From: Octopus bimaculoides
Lineage: Eukaryota
DNA length: 34,963 nt
Assembly: GCF_001194135.2 (NCBI RefSeq)
Contig: NC_068987.1
Coordinates: forward strand, 13,876,992 to 13,911,954
Direction: 5' to 3'
Shown: in pieces, positions 21,903 through 33,005 of the stretch
Numbering within the stretch: the stretch's first letter is position 1
How the letters are laid out: each line of letters begins with the position of its first letter
Made by a program: the position numbers and the translations under genes
Notes under the pieces: generated by a model
The model's input: the letters and a program-made list of their open reading frames with translations, nothing else
Database searches by the model: none
Told to the model about the DNA's origin: nothing

Positions 21903-22435
21903 CAACAATAATAATAACAATAATAACCTATGTCTTTTAAATTCTAAGACATTTGTTTGAACTTATTGTTTTTTCATTTTCTTTTGTTTTCACAAGGAAA
22001 TTTGATTTAATCCGCCGCCAATTCAGGTTGAAGTGACCTTTTATCTTTATTTATTTATTCATTTATTTATTTATTCATTCATATATTTATCCATTTATCT
22101 ATATATTTACAATTACTCAATATTAAGAGTGTCTTTTTTTCTCATTTTTTTTTTTCTTTCTATCCTCCCCATGTTCTTATAACACGTATTCCTTGCTGCT
22201 TCCCCTCAACTAACAGAAGCCGTTTTGTATTTTTTTGTTTTGGCTCTCTCTATACACATATATAAATGGAAAAGAAAATATATAAATGCCTACTCTCAGA
22301 TTTATTAAAACAAAGATTCAAGCTTGCTTACATCATTATTCATAAGCTCAGCTTTTGTAATAGTAGGGAGGATATTAAATCAGAAGAAATAAATCAGTTA
22401 TTTGATAGCTTCAATCTAGCATAACAATTGTATAT

Positions 22436-22470
<35 letters not shown>

Positions 22471-22685
22471 TAATAATAAAAACAACTGTTAATATCGGTA
22501 AATGTTTATTTTATGTAATTGTTGCTTTTCATCTCTTTGTATGATGTTTGGCCTGGAAGATCAATAGTTGATCTTGTGCCCGCTACTACTCCCATGATAA
22601 ACTTGTATTATTATTATGTAATTCCCTGTAAAAGACTACTGAAAGTGTTTTGGTAAAGCCAGCAACTCTTTCCCATCATTGTAGT

Positions 22686-22690
22686 ATATG

Positions 22691-22756
<66 letters not shown>
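22686..22756. repeat. (TA)n microsatellite
   Basis: Direct reading. Confidence 0.95.
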
Positions 22757-22759
<3 letters not shown>

Positions 22760-22780
22760 GCATATACTACAACATGCCTA

Positions 22781-23600
22781 GGTGCAGGCTTGGCTGTGTG
22801 GTAATAAGTTTACTTTCCTACTACATGGTGTCAGAACCATGTAGTTGGGAAGCTACATGGTTATTGCTGGCACCTGGGCAAATGTCTTCTGCTATAACCT
22901 CAGACCGACCAAAGCCCTTGGGGGGTGGATTCAGTAGCTGGAAGCTGAAAGATGTCTGTTGTGTATGTGTGTGTGTGTCTTTGTGTCTGTGTTGCTCCTC
23001 CCCCCCCCACCACCACATGACAACCAGCGTTGGTGTGTTTACGTCCTCGTAACTTTGCAGTTTGGCAAGAGACCATTAACATAAGTAGCAGGCTTTAAAA
23101 TAATTAGTACTATGGTCAATCCAGTCAGCTAAAATTCTTCAAGGTTGTGCCCCAGCATGGCCACAGTGTAATGACTGAAGCATGTAAAAGGTAAAACAAA
23201 AGATGCAGGAGTGTGTGTGTGTTTGTGGTAGAGAAAGATTGCTTCTCAGCCATGTGGTTTCATGTTCAGTCCCGCTGAACAGCACCTTGGGCCAGTATCT
23301 TCTACTATAGCCCTGGGTCAACCAAAGCCTTGTGAGTGGATTTGATAGAGGGAAATTGAAAGATCTCTGTCTTTTATTTATATGTATGTATGTATGAATG
23401 TATGCAAGTATGTATATATGTATGTACTTACTTTTGTCTTGAGACCAACTGATGGTTGTAAATGTGTAAATGAGTATCACTGTCATACAAGTGATGCTCC
23501 TCAATTCTGGTCTTCCATGAAAGACATGTCTGACTATGAGAGAAATATTACCTTGCTTGGAAACAGGTGAGGGTTGGCAACAGGAAGAGTACCTGTTGAA
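22781..23600 (+). mobile_element. Family A SINE (22781-23200) followed by an A2 copy (about 23229-23600)
   Basis: Two consecutive heads with A and A2 tails. Confidence 0.8.
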
Positions 23601-23749
23601 AATCTGCAACAAATTCTGTCCAAGCATTATGAACTGGACATTAAATGATGACACACACACATATCTATATAATGTACTGTTCCATGATGGTAAGATCAAC
23701 AAAAAAAGTACTCCATCAGGCAAAAGATAAATATTTAATAGACACAATA

Positions 23750-23826
23750 CATGTTTTTATGTGCTATTAATAGTTTCATATGTTGAGAAGTACCTCAAAC
23801 ATATTCATCAGGCACAAACCACATAT
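23750..23826 (-). ncRNA. Second copy of the same hammerhead motif on the minus strand; predicted cleavage AUA between 23765 and 23764
   Basis: Reverse complement reads TGGTTTGTGC CTGATGA ATATGTTTGAG GTACTT CTCAACATAT GAAA CTATTAA TA GCACA. Intramolecular 15.2:16.2 is a C-A mismatch. Confidence 0.7.
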
Positions 23827-23850
23827 AACTAACTAAAAATAGTTTATGAA

Positions 23851-23926
23851 ACATGGTTTGTGCCTGATGAATATATCTGAGGTACTTCTCAATATATGAA
23901 ATTATTAGTAGCACATAAAAACATGT
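23851..23926 (+). ncRNA. Minimal type I hammerhead ribozyme motif, sense to C2CD5; predicted cleavage GUA between 23910 and 23911
   Basis: Stem I TGTGC 23859-63 / GCACA 23911-15, with distal ACATG 23851-55 / CATGT 23922-26. Core CTGATGA 23864-70. Stem II ATATAT(C)TGAG / CTCAATATAT with a 6-nt loop. GAAA 23898-901. Short stem III ATTATTAGT. Activity is untested. Confidence 0.75.
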
Positions 23927-24148
23927 ATTGTGTCTATTAAATAATTAACACACACACACACATGGATGAACAAATGAAGTTTGTGATGCAGTTTTCTGCG
24001 TGGGACTGTTGAAGCTCAATACTGCAAGCTAACAAACACACACAGCATTTTTCTAGTAATAATATATAGCAAGATATAGCATTTTCAATTTATTTTTACT
24101 CAACCCTAACACACATGTATATATGTGCAGGTATGTAGATTGTGTAAT

Positions 24149-24468
24149 CTAGTGTGGAGTGAAAATATAAAATTGTGGAAATTGAAAATGCCTGAGGCCT
24201 AGAATCTTACTATATATTATTACTAGAAAAATACCAAATTTTTGCTTAGATCAGTCTAGAGCATTTACTCTCTCAAACACGCCAAACTCTACTATTGTAA
24301 AAAATTTAGAAAAATCCCCCATTTTCGGAGTTTAGGGGGCTTGAGGGAGTAAATACTCTTGATTGATCTCAGCAAAAATTTAGCATCTTTCTAGTAATCA
24401 AATATAGCAACATTTTAGCCCTCAGGCATTTTTGATTTCCATAATTTTTTATTTTCACTCCACCCTAG
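24149..24468. mobile_element. Long-TIR fold-back MITE (about 145-bp arms), CTAG at both ends
   Basis: Left arm CTAGTGTGGAGTGAAAATATAAAATTGTGGAAATTGAAAATGCCTGAGG aligns with the reverse complement of the right arm over about 145 bp. Superfamily unassigned. Confidence 0.8.
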
Positions 24469-24489
24469 TGCATGTGCACATACACACAC

Positions 24490-24625
24490 AATAGGGTAGT
24501 TTCAGTTTCTACCAAATCCACCTACAAGGATTTGGTCGACTTGGATTATATTAGAAGACACTTGCCCAAGGTGCCTCACAGTGAGACTGAACCCAGAACC
24601 ATGTGGTTGAGAAGCAAACTTTTAA
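24490..24625 (-). mobile_element. Family A SINE head, partial
   Basis: agaagacacttgcccaaggtgcc...actgaacccagaaccatgtggttg is the reverse complement of the A head. Confidence 0.8.
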
Positions 24626-25681
24626 TTCCTGTATCTGTGGGAAAGACATAAGCAGAAAAGTAATTCTAGAAGGATGATATTCTGGAGAGAAATTACTGGG
24701 TATAGTGATTAATGCATTGTATTGAGAAAGAATGTTACTGCTCTTATGTATGTTTTGGGTACAGTTCAATGACTGTGTGAGCCATGGCCACATTTCCTAA
24801 GGAAGGGATTTCTTAAAAGATAAAACAAATTGTTATGTTTTGTCTTAATGACCACCAGCTTAATTAGGCTGATATTTGAAGATTTCAGAAGATTCTATAA
24901 ATATCTGAAACACTCCTTTATCAGAATAATTGTAATCATGAAAGCAGAATCATATCTATTCAAATATTAGATGTCTCTCAAACAGTGACCAACTTCTATT
25001 TTCATAATGGAAAGTAGAGTTGAAAATAAGGCAACATCATCTTTGTTGAGGTACAATTTTGGTGTTGGGGAAGAAGTGAAATAAAGTTTTATTAGAATAC
25101 TGTTAGAATACAAATAGGGCATACTGAAATTATGAGGTTGATTGTGATATTGATTAAGGATTGATTAGATAGAGAAGATAAACTGTGCACAATAATATCA
25201 TTGGTTAATGGCCATTATCATCTCCCTCTCCTTCTCCACTGCCATCATCATCATCAATATTCTTTTATCTTTTCAGTGCAGTTTAGTAAATGATTTCAAA
25301 AAAAAAAAAAAAGGGCTTTTTATAACAACTTCATTTTCCCCTTTGTACTGACACATCAGTCTCATTACTGCTATTTTAGTTTCTCCCCATTTTTTTAATA
25401 TTGCCTCTCCCTACATTTCCCTGCAATTAAAATATCCCTTATCAACAATTGATGGGATTTTACTGCAAAAAACAGAAGCCAAAAACAACTTGCTATATTG
25501 TTGAGTCATCTGTTGTTGAAGCTCAAAACCAAAGTAAGTATTGAATTAGATTAAGAACAAAGAATTCACTGTATCTTGGGAAGGTAGTCATGCCAATAAT
25601 AAACTCGTACTAGTTCTTGTTCACTTCTTTTATTATTGGTTAATACTTATAAAAGAAATTAAATAAAACCAGTGCTGATCA

Positions 25682-26195
25682 GATTCGAGCCTGGTGAGGC
25701 CTCCTGGCTTGCCAGTCTCCAGTCAAACCGTCCAACCCATGCCAGCATGGAAAACGGATATTAAACGATGATGATGATGAGTGCATGAGCTTATTACTGG
25801 CATAATGACCCTCCCAAGATACAAAAAAAATATGTTTCAACAAAGGATTACACATCAATTACAAACCGAATACAAAAACGATGGACCAAAGCCTTGTGAG
25901 AGGATTTGATGGATGAAAACAGAAAGAAGCCTTTCTTGTGTGTGTGTGTGTGTGTGTGTTGAGTTTCCTTGTCTTGACATTGCATGATAGATGTAAATAA
26001 GTGACACTGTCAAACGAGCAGTGTCATTCATTTCCAGTATTCTGCGGGACCATGCTTGAGCCTATGGGGGAAACATTACCTTGCTTAGAAACAGGTGAGG
26101 GCTGATGACATGAATGGCATCCGGCTGTTAAAAAATCTGCTTCAAATAAATTCCATTTGACTCACTGCAAGCATGGAAAAAGTTGATGTTTGATT
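25682..26195 (+). mobile_element. Family C 3' end (25682-25780) and A2 SINE (about 25883-26195)
   Basis: Both end in (GAT)n; collinear with copies elsewhere in the window. Confidence 0.7.
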
Positions 26196-26625
26196 ACAAT
26201 GATGATGATGACATTCACTATAGTAACCACACTTGTAAAATGCAATATTTGAGGAATTAGCAAATCAGCAACACGCTTCCTTTCTCTTCATGTTTGAGTA
26301 AAACAGCCTTGTTTTGTTGGGTCTCAGAAAATTTCCCAGATTATATGTTGCCTGTCATTTATTTTTTTTAATTAACTTGTATATGAAACTGTTCTCTTCT
26401 TGTTGCTTATCAGCTTATTACATGTTGCTTATTAAGTGACTTAACTTACAAACTTAGGCTTTATTTACGAATGTAATCCTTTTAATTTTCTTTTTAATCT
26501 TTACAATTCATATTACATGTGTTTTTTCCTTTGATGATAAGTGGTCTTTGTATATAGAGACTATTTCTTTGACTACAATGTGGACTTAGCATGTTAATAT
26601 ATATATAGATAGATAGAGAGAGAGG

Positions 26626-27005
26626 GGTGGACACAAGCATGGCTGTGTGGTTAAGAAGCTTGCTTCCCAACCATGTAGCCTTGGGTTCAGTCCCACTCTG
26701 CAGCACCTTGGACAAGTGTCTTCTGCTAACCGAAGCCTTGTGAGTGAGTTCGATAGATTTGGTGTTCGGAAACTGGAAGAAGACTATTATGTGTATAGGC
26801 ATGGCTGTGTGATAAGGAGCTTGCTTCCCAGCCTCAGGGTTCAGTCCTAGTGCATGACAACTTGGGGAAGTGTCTTCTTCTGTAGCCTCAGGCTGACAAA
26901 AGCCTTGTGCCTCAGCATGGCTGCAGTCCAACGACTGAAACAAGTAAAAGATAAAACATGGTAGTGCTCCAGCATGACTGCAGCCACATGGCTGAAATAA
27001 ATAAA
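26626..27005 (+). mobile_element. Cluster of family A SINE heads and tails
   Basis: Two gcatggctgtgtg heads (about 26637 and 26798) and two gactgaaa tails. Confidence 0.75.
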
Positions 27006-27513
27006 AGATATATATATCAAACACTAATTTTGGCATAGGTGAGTCGCTAAAGTATTATATAGCCAAACAGAATAGATAAGTTTCAATTTTGATGAGGCCT
27101 GTCCATATTCTATTGATCTGTTTGTGCCTCCCTACTAAGAAGGTTAGAGAACATGTAAAAGGAAGACTTCAATTATCTGTCCAAATTATATACAGTATTG
27201 ATTGTCTAACCTTTTCCAATATTAGTTTCTCCAAATTTGAGTTATATATTATCAGTTTCAACAATATTTCTTTATTTAGAACATGACTTCATCAAAAGTA
27301 TTCATAGTAAAAAGAAAAAAAAAACAAAAAAATCACTATTTTGTGCATGACATTATAATGTATAATATTTTCAGTAGTATGTGTATAGTAATTTTTTTAT
27401 TTCTTTTTTTTTCTGGGTGGAGGGGAGGGGAATTAATCAATAAGAATGTTAAAAGGTTAATGTACTATTTTATATCAGCAGTTTTCAAGAATTGTTTTAT
27501 TTATTTATTTATT

Positions 27514-27550
<37 letters not shown>

Positions 27551-27668
27551 TCTTCTGTTAAGAATACAACTTGTAGTGTTTCCTCTCGTTATAAATAGAA
27601 ATAAATTATTGAGAAATCTGCAATTTGGTTTGACTGAAAGCAATGTTCCTGCAGCTGTGAAACCTTAA

Positions 27669-28127
27669 CACTTTCACTATGATATTTCTGTTGAAATACA
27701 CCCTCTTTGACTTTTTTTTTCCAATTAATTTTTTTTTTAAATAATGAAGAATTTAGTGAAACAACTCTGTCACTATTAAGCTAGTGTTTAGAACTTAAAT
27801 CAAGATGAAATTTTAATGGGAAATTCTAATCAAGATCATTTTAACCCTTTAGCATTTAAACCAGCCATATGTAGCCCAAATATTCTAGCCATTTTATGTT
27901 CAAACTAGCCAGATCTGACCTCTAACACCTACTTGACAATGTCATTCTGAAACTAAACAATCACATCATCAACATTTTTGAAGTTGTGAGATCATGCATG
28001 ACAAATTCAAAACACTGTGAATGAATAAGCATTATATTTGACAGATTAATCTGAATGCTAAAGGGTTAGAATTGGAAGCTTGTACCATAGACTCAGGGTC
28101 AGTCTTGGGAAACTTGTATCAAAAGGG
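27669..28127 (+). mobile_element. piggyBac-type MITE, family P2, interrupted by a P1 copy
   Basis: TTAA at 27665-68 and 28128-31; ends GTATCAAAAGGG. After removing 27845-28069 it is collinear with 12851-13063. Confidence 0.75.
27845..28065 (+). mobile_element. piggyBac-type MITE, family P1
   Basis: TTAA|CCCTTTAGCATT ... AATGCTAAAGGG|TTAG; 12-bp TIRs. CCCT termini with TTAA target are diagnostic of piggyBac. Confidence 0.85.
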
Positions 28128-28131
28128 TTAA

Positions 28132-28351
28132 CTCTTTAGCATTTAAACCGGCCATATCCGGCCCAAATATTTTACCTGTTTTATATTCAAATTGGCCAAA
28201 TCCAGCCTCTCACACCTACCCTACAATGTCATTTTGAAAATAAACAATTATATCCTCAGAATCTCAAAGCTATGAGATAAAGCAGTATTAATACAAAACA
28301 ATGTGGATAAATAATTATTATATTTGACAGATTAATCTGAATGCTAAAGGG
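28132..28351 (+). mobile_element. piggyBac-type MITE, family P1
   Basis: TTAA|CTCTTTAGCATT ... AATGCTAAAGGG|TTAA; collinear with 27845-28065. Confidence 0.85.
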
Positions 28352-29571
28352 TTAAAGACATTTTAAGCTTCCCCATTCAAGAAGGAAAGAGGAAATGCTT
28401 GAAACTTAGTGTAAAACTTGCCAAAATCTTTCAATTAATACTTAGATTATATGCACACTTACACAGACACACACTATTCCTTAGATTAGAGTTCTTTGCA
28501 TAAATTATCAGAAGCATTTTCCTACTAATATATAAGTAAAGAATCACTTATCTATTTATCTGACATGCTAAACATAGTTGTTATTTTTGGAGAGTGGCTG
28601 GATTGGGTTAGTTTTTAGATAGTCAAGCTTAAAGCATGCTGAATTTTTATGGCATGTTTTAAGGATATTTTTAGCATAATGATCATATCTATGAAGAGAA
28701 GTTTGAAAAAATTTAAAAAGAAAAAAAAAATGCACTGAAACTAAAAAATGCTAAGAAAACTGGAAGGTTTCAAACATTTACCATCAACTGGTATGGAAGT
28801 GGTTGCACATAAAAGTGATTATACTGTAATTAAAATGGTAGCTACCAGAATTTCTTGGCGTGAATTTTTAAATATTATATTTGGTCTGAGTATAAAGTTT
28901 TCAAGATGTTTTGAATACTGGAAAGCAGAATGAAGTTTTCTGCACCTGTATCCGCTATATGTTTAGTTACAAAGTAAACATGTTTATAAACATAGTGACA
29001 AACTAAACATATTTTAGAAGTTTTTACATGTTTACTGACATGTTCCACTATCAATGTGGTTAGTAACAGTAAACATGTTATCTAGAGGAAAATATGTCTT
29101 GCAGTAAATCTGTTTCCTTTTTTCTGTATTTTAGTTTGTTTGTTGGTATATTTGATATTTTGGTCATCGGTTTTTTTTAAAGCTATTTAAAAAAAAAATT
29201 ATAGATAAGGGATGACTTAGAATAACTATATTTAGCCATTGCTTGTTTACAAGCAATGGCTGATGTTTTTATCTTGAAATAGTTAATCAAACTAAGATTA
29301 GCAACAAGATTAAGCCTACAACAAAGAATCGAAACAAGAAAGTGGAATAGCACATATGTGTGTGGAGCGGTGGTGGTAAAAGCAGCACAACTAGCAAATG
29401 AAAGAATACCTGTATTATTCAATGTATCACCAACTTCATTTTAATCTCTTTGGGGATTTTAGAATTGTCTCCCTTGTCTTTCTCGAAAAGAATTATCATT
29501 AACACTAGTGATTTTTCTTTCCATTACAGTTGTAATTTTGAATTTTTTTTTTCCTTTCTGCTCTACATTAA

Positions 29572-29793
29572 CTCTTCATCATATGAACCAGCCATATCCG
29601 GCTCAAATATTTTACCTATTTCACATTGAAAACTGGCCATATCTGACCTATCACACCTACCCTACAATGTCATTCTAAAATTAAGCTAGCCCATCATCAA
29701 AATCATGAACGTATGAGATAATGCATGATTGATTAATTCAAAACAATGTGAATAAATAAGCTTTACATTTGACAATAATCTGAATTTAGAGGG
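29572..29793 (+). mobile_element. piggyBac-type MITE, family P1 (older copy)
   Basis: TTAA at 29568-71 and 29794-97; interior collinear with the other P1 copies (ccagccatatccggc, cctaccctacaatgtcattc). Confidence 0.8.
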
Positions 29794-29962
29794 TTAAATA
29801 CATCGGCTCCCACTTACATTTAGAGATTGTTCTTGTGTAACTTTGGTCAGCCTTGCTTTAGCAGACCTCTGTATGTAGTAAGTGGATTAACTGGGTGTTC
29901 TTGACACATGCAGCATTCAAAATATATCATATTGAGGAAAGGAGGAGGAAGAATGCATGGTA

Positions 29963-30002
<40 letters not shown>

Positions 30003-30699
30003 GGCTTTTTGTGTTTGTCTGAACTAGGAGTGGGGAAATTGGGTACAGAGGATAATGTTGTTAATTAGCTCCAGTTCATCTTTGATTGAGTTGACTAATG
30101 ATCAAAGGCCTTCAAGCCTTGACCATCTTGTCTATTTTATAAAGTACTGGCTTAAAAGCCATACTCCATGCAGACTTTTAAACTAGCTCCTGTGGAGGGC
30201 TAATTGAGCCTGCAGCACAATACTAAAGACTACAATATGTCTATAATGACCATATGCCCTGGTGGTGTTTGATCAGCGGTTAAAGATGGATGAGAATTCT
30301 GTAATGCAATCATTCTATTGTTCCAGTCCCAAGTTGAATCCCAACTGTTGGCCAATTTGTCTCAAAGTTCTTATCTCGATGTAAAATTAACAAAGTGAAT
30401 ATCATTTATTTCTCCCTTAATCTCTGACATCATCTGACAAATGCCAACCAAGATGGTGTGAATCAGCCAAGCTTTACCTGCTTGAAGTAGCAACCCAAAT
30501 GCTTTTAAATCAGATCCCAAAGTTGGATGTTCAAGAACCAAATGAAGGGCAGATTTTCAATCTCAGGATCATTCTGATTCCAAAATGGTATAATTTGTCT
30601 ATATAGAACAAATGTAGACTGAGATACATGGGTCCCAGACAGACAGAATTTTGCTTTTATTATAATAGATAATACAGCAGGGTATGATCATCATCAAGT

Positions 30700-30920
30700 G
30701 GTTTTGGGGGCAAGCACAAAGACACTCACTGACACCCACAAAGACATATATGCAATGGGCTTCTGCACAGTTTCCATCTACCAAATCCACTCATAAAGCT
30801 TTGCTCAATGTGCTGTTAATGTAGAAGTCTCTTACCCAAGGTGCCAATCAGTAAGACTGAACCTGAAATGATTGGTAGCAAAATGAGCTTCTTAACCACA
30901 CAGCCATGGCTACGCCTACA
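30700..30920 (-). mobile_element. Family A SINE, partial
   Basis: cagtttccatctaccaaatccactca...cttcttaaccacacagccatg is the reverse complement of the A head. Confidence 0.75.
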
Positions 30921-31181
30921 CTTTTGAAGAAAATCACTTACTGTTATTTTAATTTAAAATTTTTTTTGTAGCTTTTAAATGAATTTATTGTTTTGATCTC
31001 CAAGAGCCAATAACCAACAGTAAGTAATAATTGGAAGACCAGGAAACAAAAACGAAAAATAATGATAGATGCATCTCTTGAGTTGTAATGGGTTATCTAG
31101 AGGTCAGTTAATGATGTGTGCATGTGCATATGTATGTACAAGTGTGCATGGCCGTTTTGATGCATCTTTTACATCATCTAA

Positions 31182-31229
<48 letters not shown>

Positions 31230-31536
31230 NNNNNNNNNNNNNNNNNNNNNNNNNNNNNNNNNNNNNNNNNNNNNNNNNNNNNNNNNNNNNNNNNNNNNNN
31301 NNNNNNNNNNNNNNNNNNNNNNNNNNNNNNNNNNNNNNNNNNNNNNNNNNNNNNNNNNNNNNNNNNNNNNNNNNNNNNNNNNNNNNNNNNNNNNNNNNNN
31401 NNNNNNNNNNNNNNNNNNNNNNNNNNNNNNNNNNNNNNNNNNNNNNNNNNNNNNNNNNNNNNNNNNNNNNNNNNNNNNNNNNNNNNNNNNNNNNNNNNNN
31501 NNNNNNNNNNNNNNNNNNNNNNNNNNNNNNNNNNNN

Positions 31537-31573
<37 letters not shown>

Positions 31574-31599
31574 GTGTGTGTAATATAATTGTGTATACA

Positions 31600-31640
<41 letters not shown>
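31182..31640. repeat. (CA)n - gap 31230-31536 - (TA)n(CA)n(TG)n array
   Basis: Direct reading. Confidence 0.9.
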
Positions 31641-31643
<3 letters not shown>

Positions 31644-32339
31644 TATCTGTATGGAGCAGCAGTTCTGTATGCTCACATATACACACATGTATATGTACAT
31701 TCTGAGAAAGAATAAATGTTTAAAAAGGAAAAATAGAGGGGGTTTTTTTTTCTCTAAAGTTTCAATAAGCTTAAAGAGAGTGTATGCGTGTGTGTGTTTC
31801 AATAAGTTCAGAGATTGTGTGTGTGTGTGTGTGTATTTGCACATGATTGTTTGTGAAGCCATGTATGTATGTTAGCTTACATGTGCAGACCTCTTCATCT
31901 AGCTCTGCCAACACACACACACACACACACACATTGAAGAAAGGAAAATTGTTCGTGATACTCATAAAGGGGAAATGGAGCAATCAAATTGGACCAGATT
32001 GTAAGAATTATTGTTCAGTCAGATGTTTTCATTATTCATTATGTATTTTTGAAGTATTTTACTTTTATTTTTGTACCTCCAATCAAATTTATATTTTATT
32101 TATTTTATTTTTTTTTAACTTATTAAAAAAAAATCATTATTCCTTTAATGTAGGAGGGAGTTCTGTTGAGTAGATGTTAAACTGCTGGCAATCCTACTAC
32201 ATAACCCCCCCCCCACCTCTCTTCAGTTTCTCTGTGTGGCTACCTATTTCATTTGTGATTTTACCTTGTGCAAAAGTTGGCTGTCTGAATAAAGCACCCT
32301 TCTTGAGCCCTATGGATCCATAGGGACTAGTTCCTTGGT

Positions 32340-32628
32340 TTCCATGGCATATATATATAGTTACCCCCTGTATGAGACACCAGTTCATCACAGGATTACT
32401 TATTTTGCCTGTTGAGTGGACTGGAGCAATGTGAAATGACGTGTTTTGCTCAAGAACATAACATGTTGCCCGTTCCAGGAGCTGAAATCATAATCTTACA
32501 TGAGTCCAGTGCCCTTACCACCAGAACACTCCCCTCCACAAGCTATCTGAATGGATGAAGTTTTGTAGTGGGGATAAGAGGTGGAGATAATTTTAATAGA
32601 TCAAGAGTTCATGTTAAACAGTATTTTA

Positions 32629-32665
<37 letters not shown>

Positions 32666-32864
32666 TTGTATGTATTTCAAAAGGCCAGCCTTGTCATACA
32701 CTGTGTCATGCTGAATCTCTCTAAGAACTGCATTAAAGGTACACGTATCTGTGGAATACTCAACCACTTGCATGTTAATTTCATGAGCAGGCTGTTCTGT
32801 CGATCGTATCAACTGGGACCCTCGTCGTCGTAACCAACAGAGTGGTCTTTTTTTTAAATTTAGC

Positions 32865-32911
<47 letters not shown>

Positions 32912-33005
32912 CACAGGCATGGCTGTGTGGTAAGAAGTTTGCTTCCTAACCACATAGTTCCAGGATCAATCCACTGCATGGCATCTTGAGCCAGTGCCTG
33001 CTGCT
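32340..33005. mobile_element. SINE fragments: family E (-, 32340-32522), D (+, 32679-32840), A head (+, 32909-33005)
   Basis: Each aligns by eye to fuller copies elsewhere in the window. Confidence 0.7.

Larger units (their letters stand above)
23732..23943. repeat. Fold-back: 90-bp inverted arms (23732-23821 / 23854-23943), 5 mismatches, 32-nt spacer; probable Penelope-like pLTR/retrozyme relic
   Basis: Arms aligned by hand, 85/90 identical. The PLE origin is inferred from the embedded minimal hammerheads and the inverted architecture. Confidence 0.9.

Noticed and set aside
23139-23747. 202-aa minus-strand ORF, also 26494-27036 and 12043-12330
   Set aside because: Lies across SINE copies; no recognisable protein motif.
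25476-25533. Open segment ending at a GTAAGT donor (25534)
   Set aside because: Poor acceptor, adjoins an old repeat, and no similarity to C2CD5.
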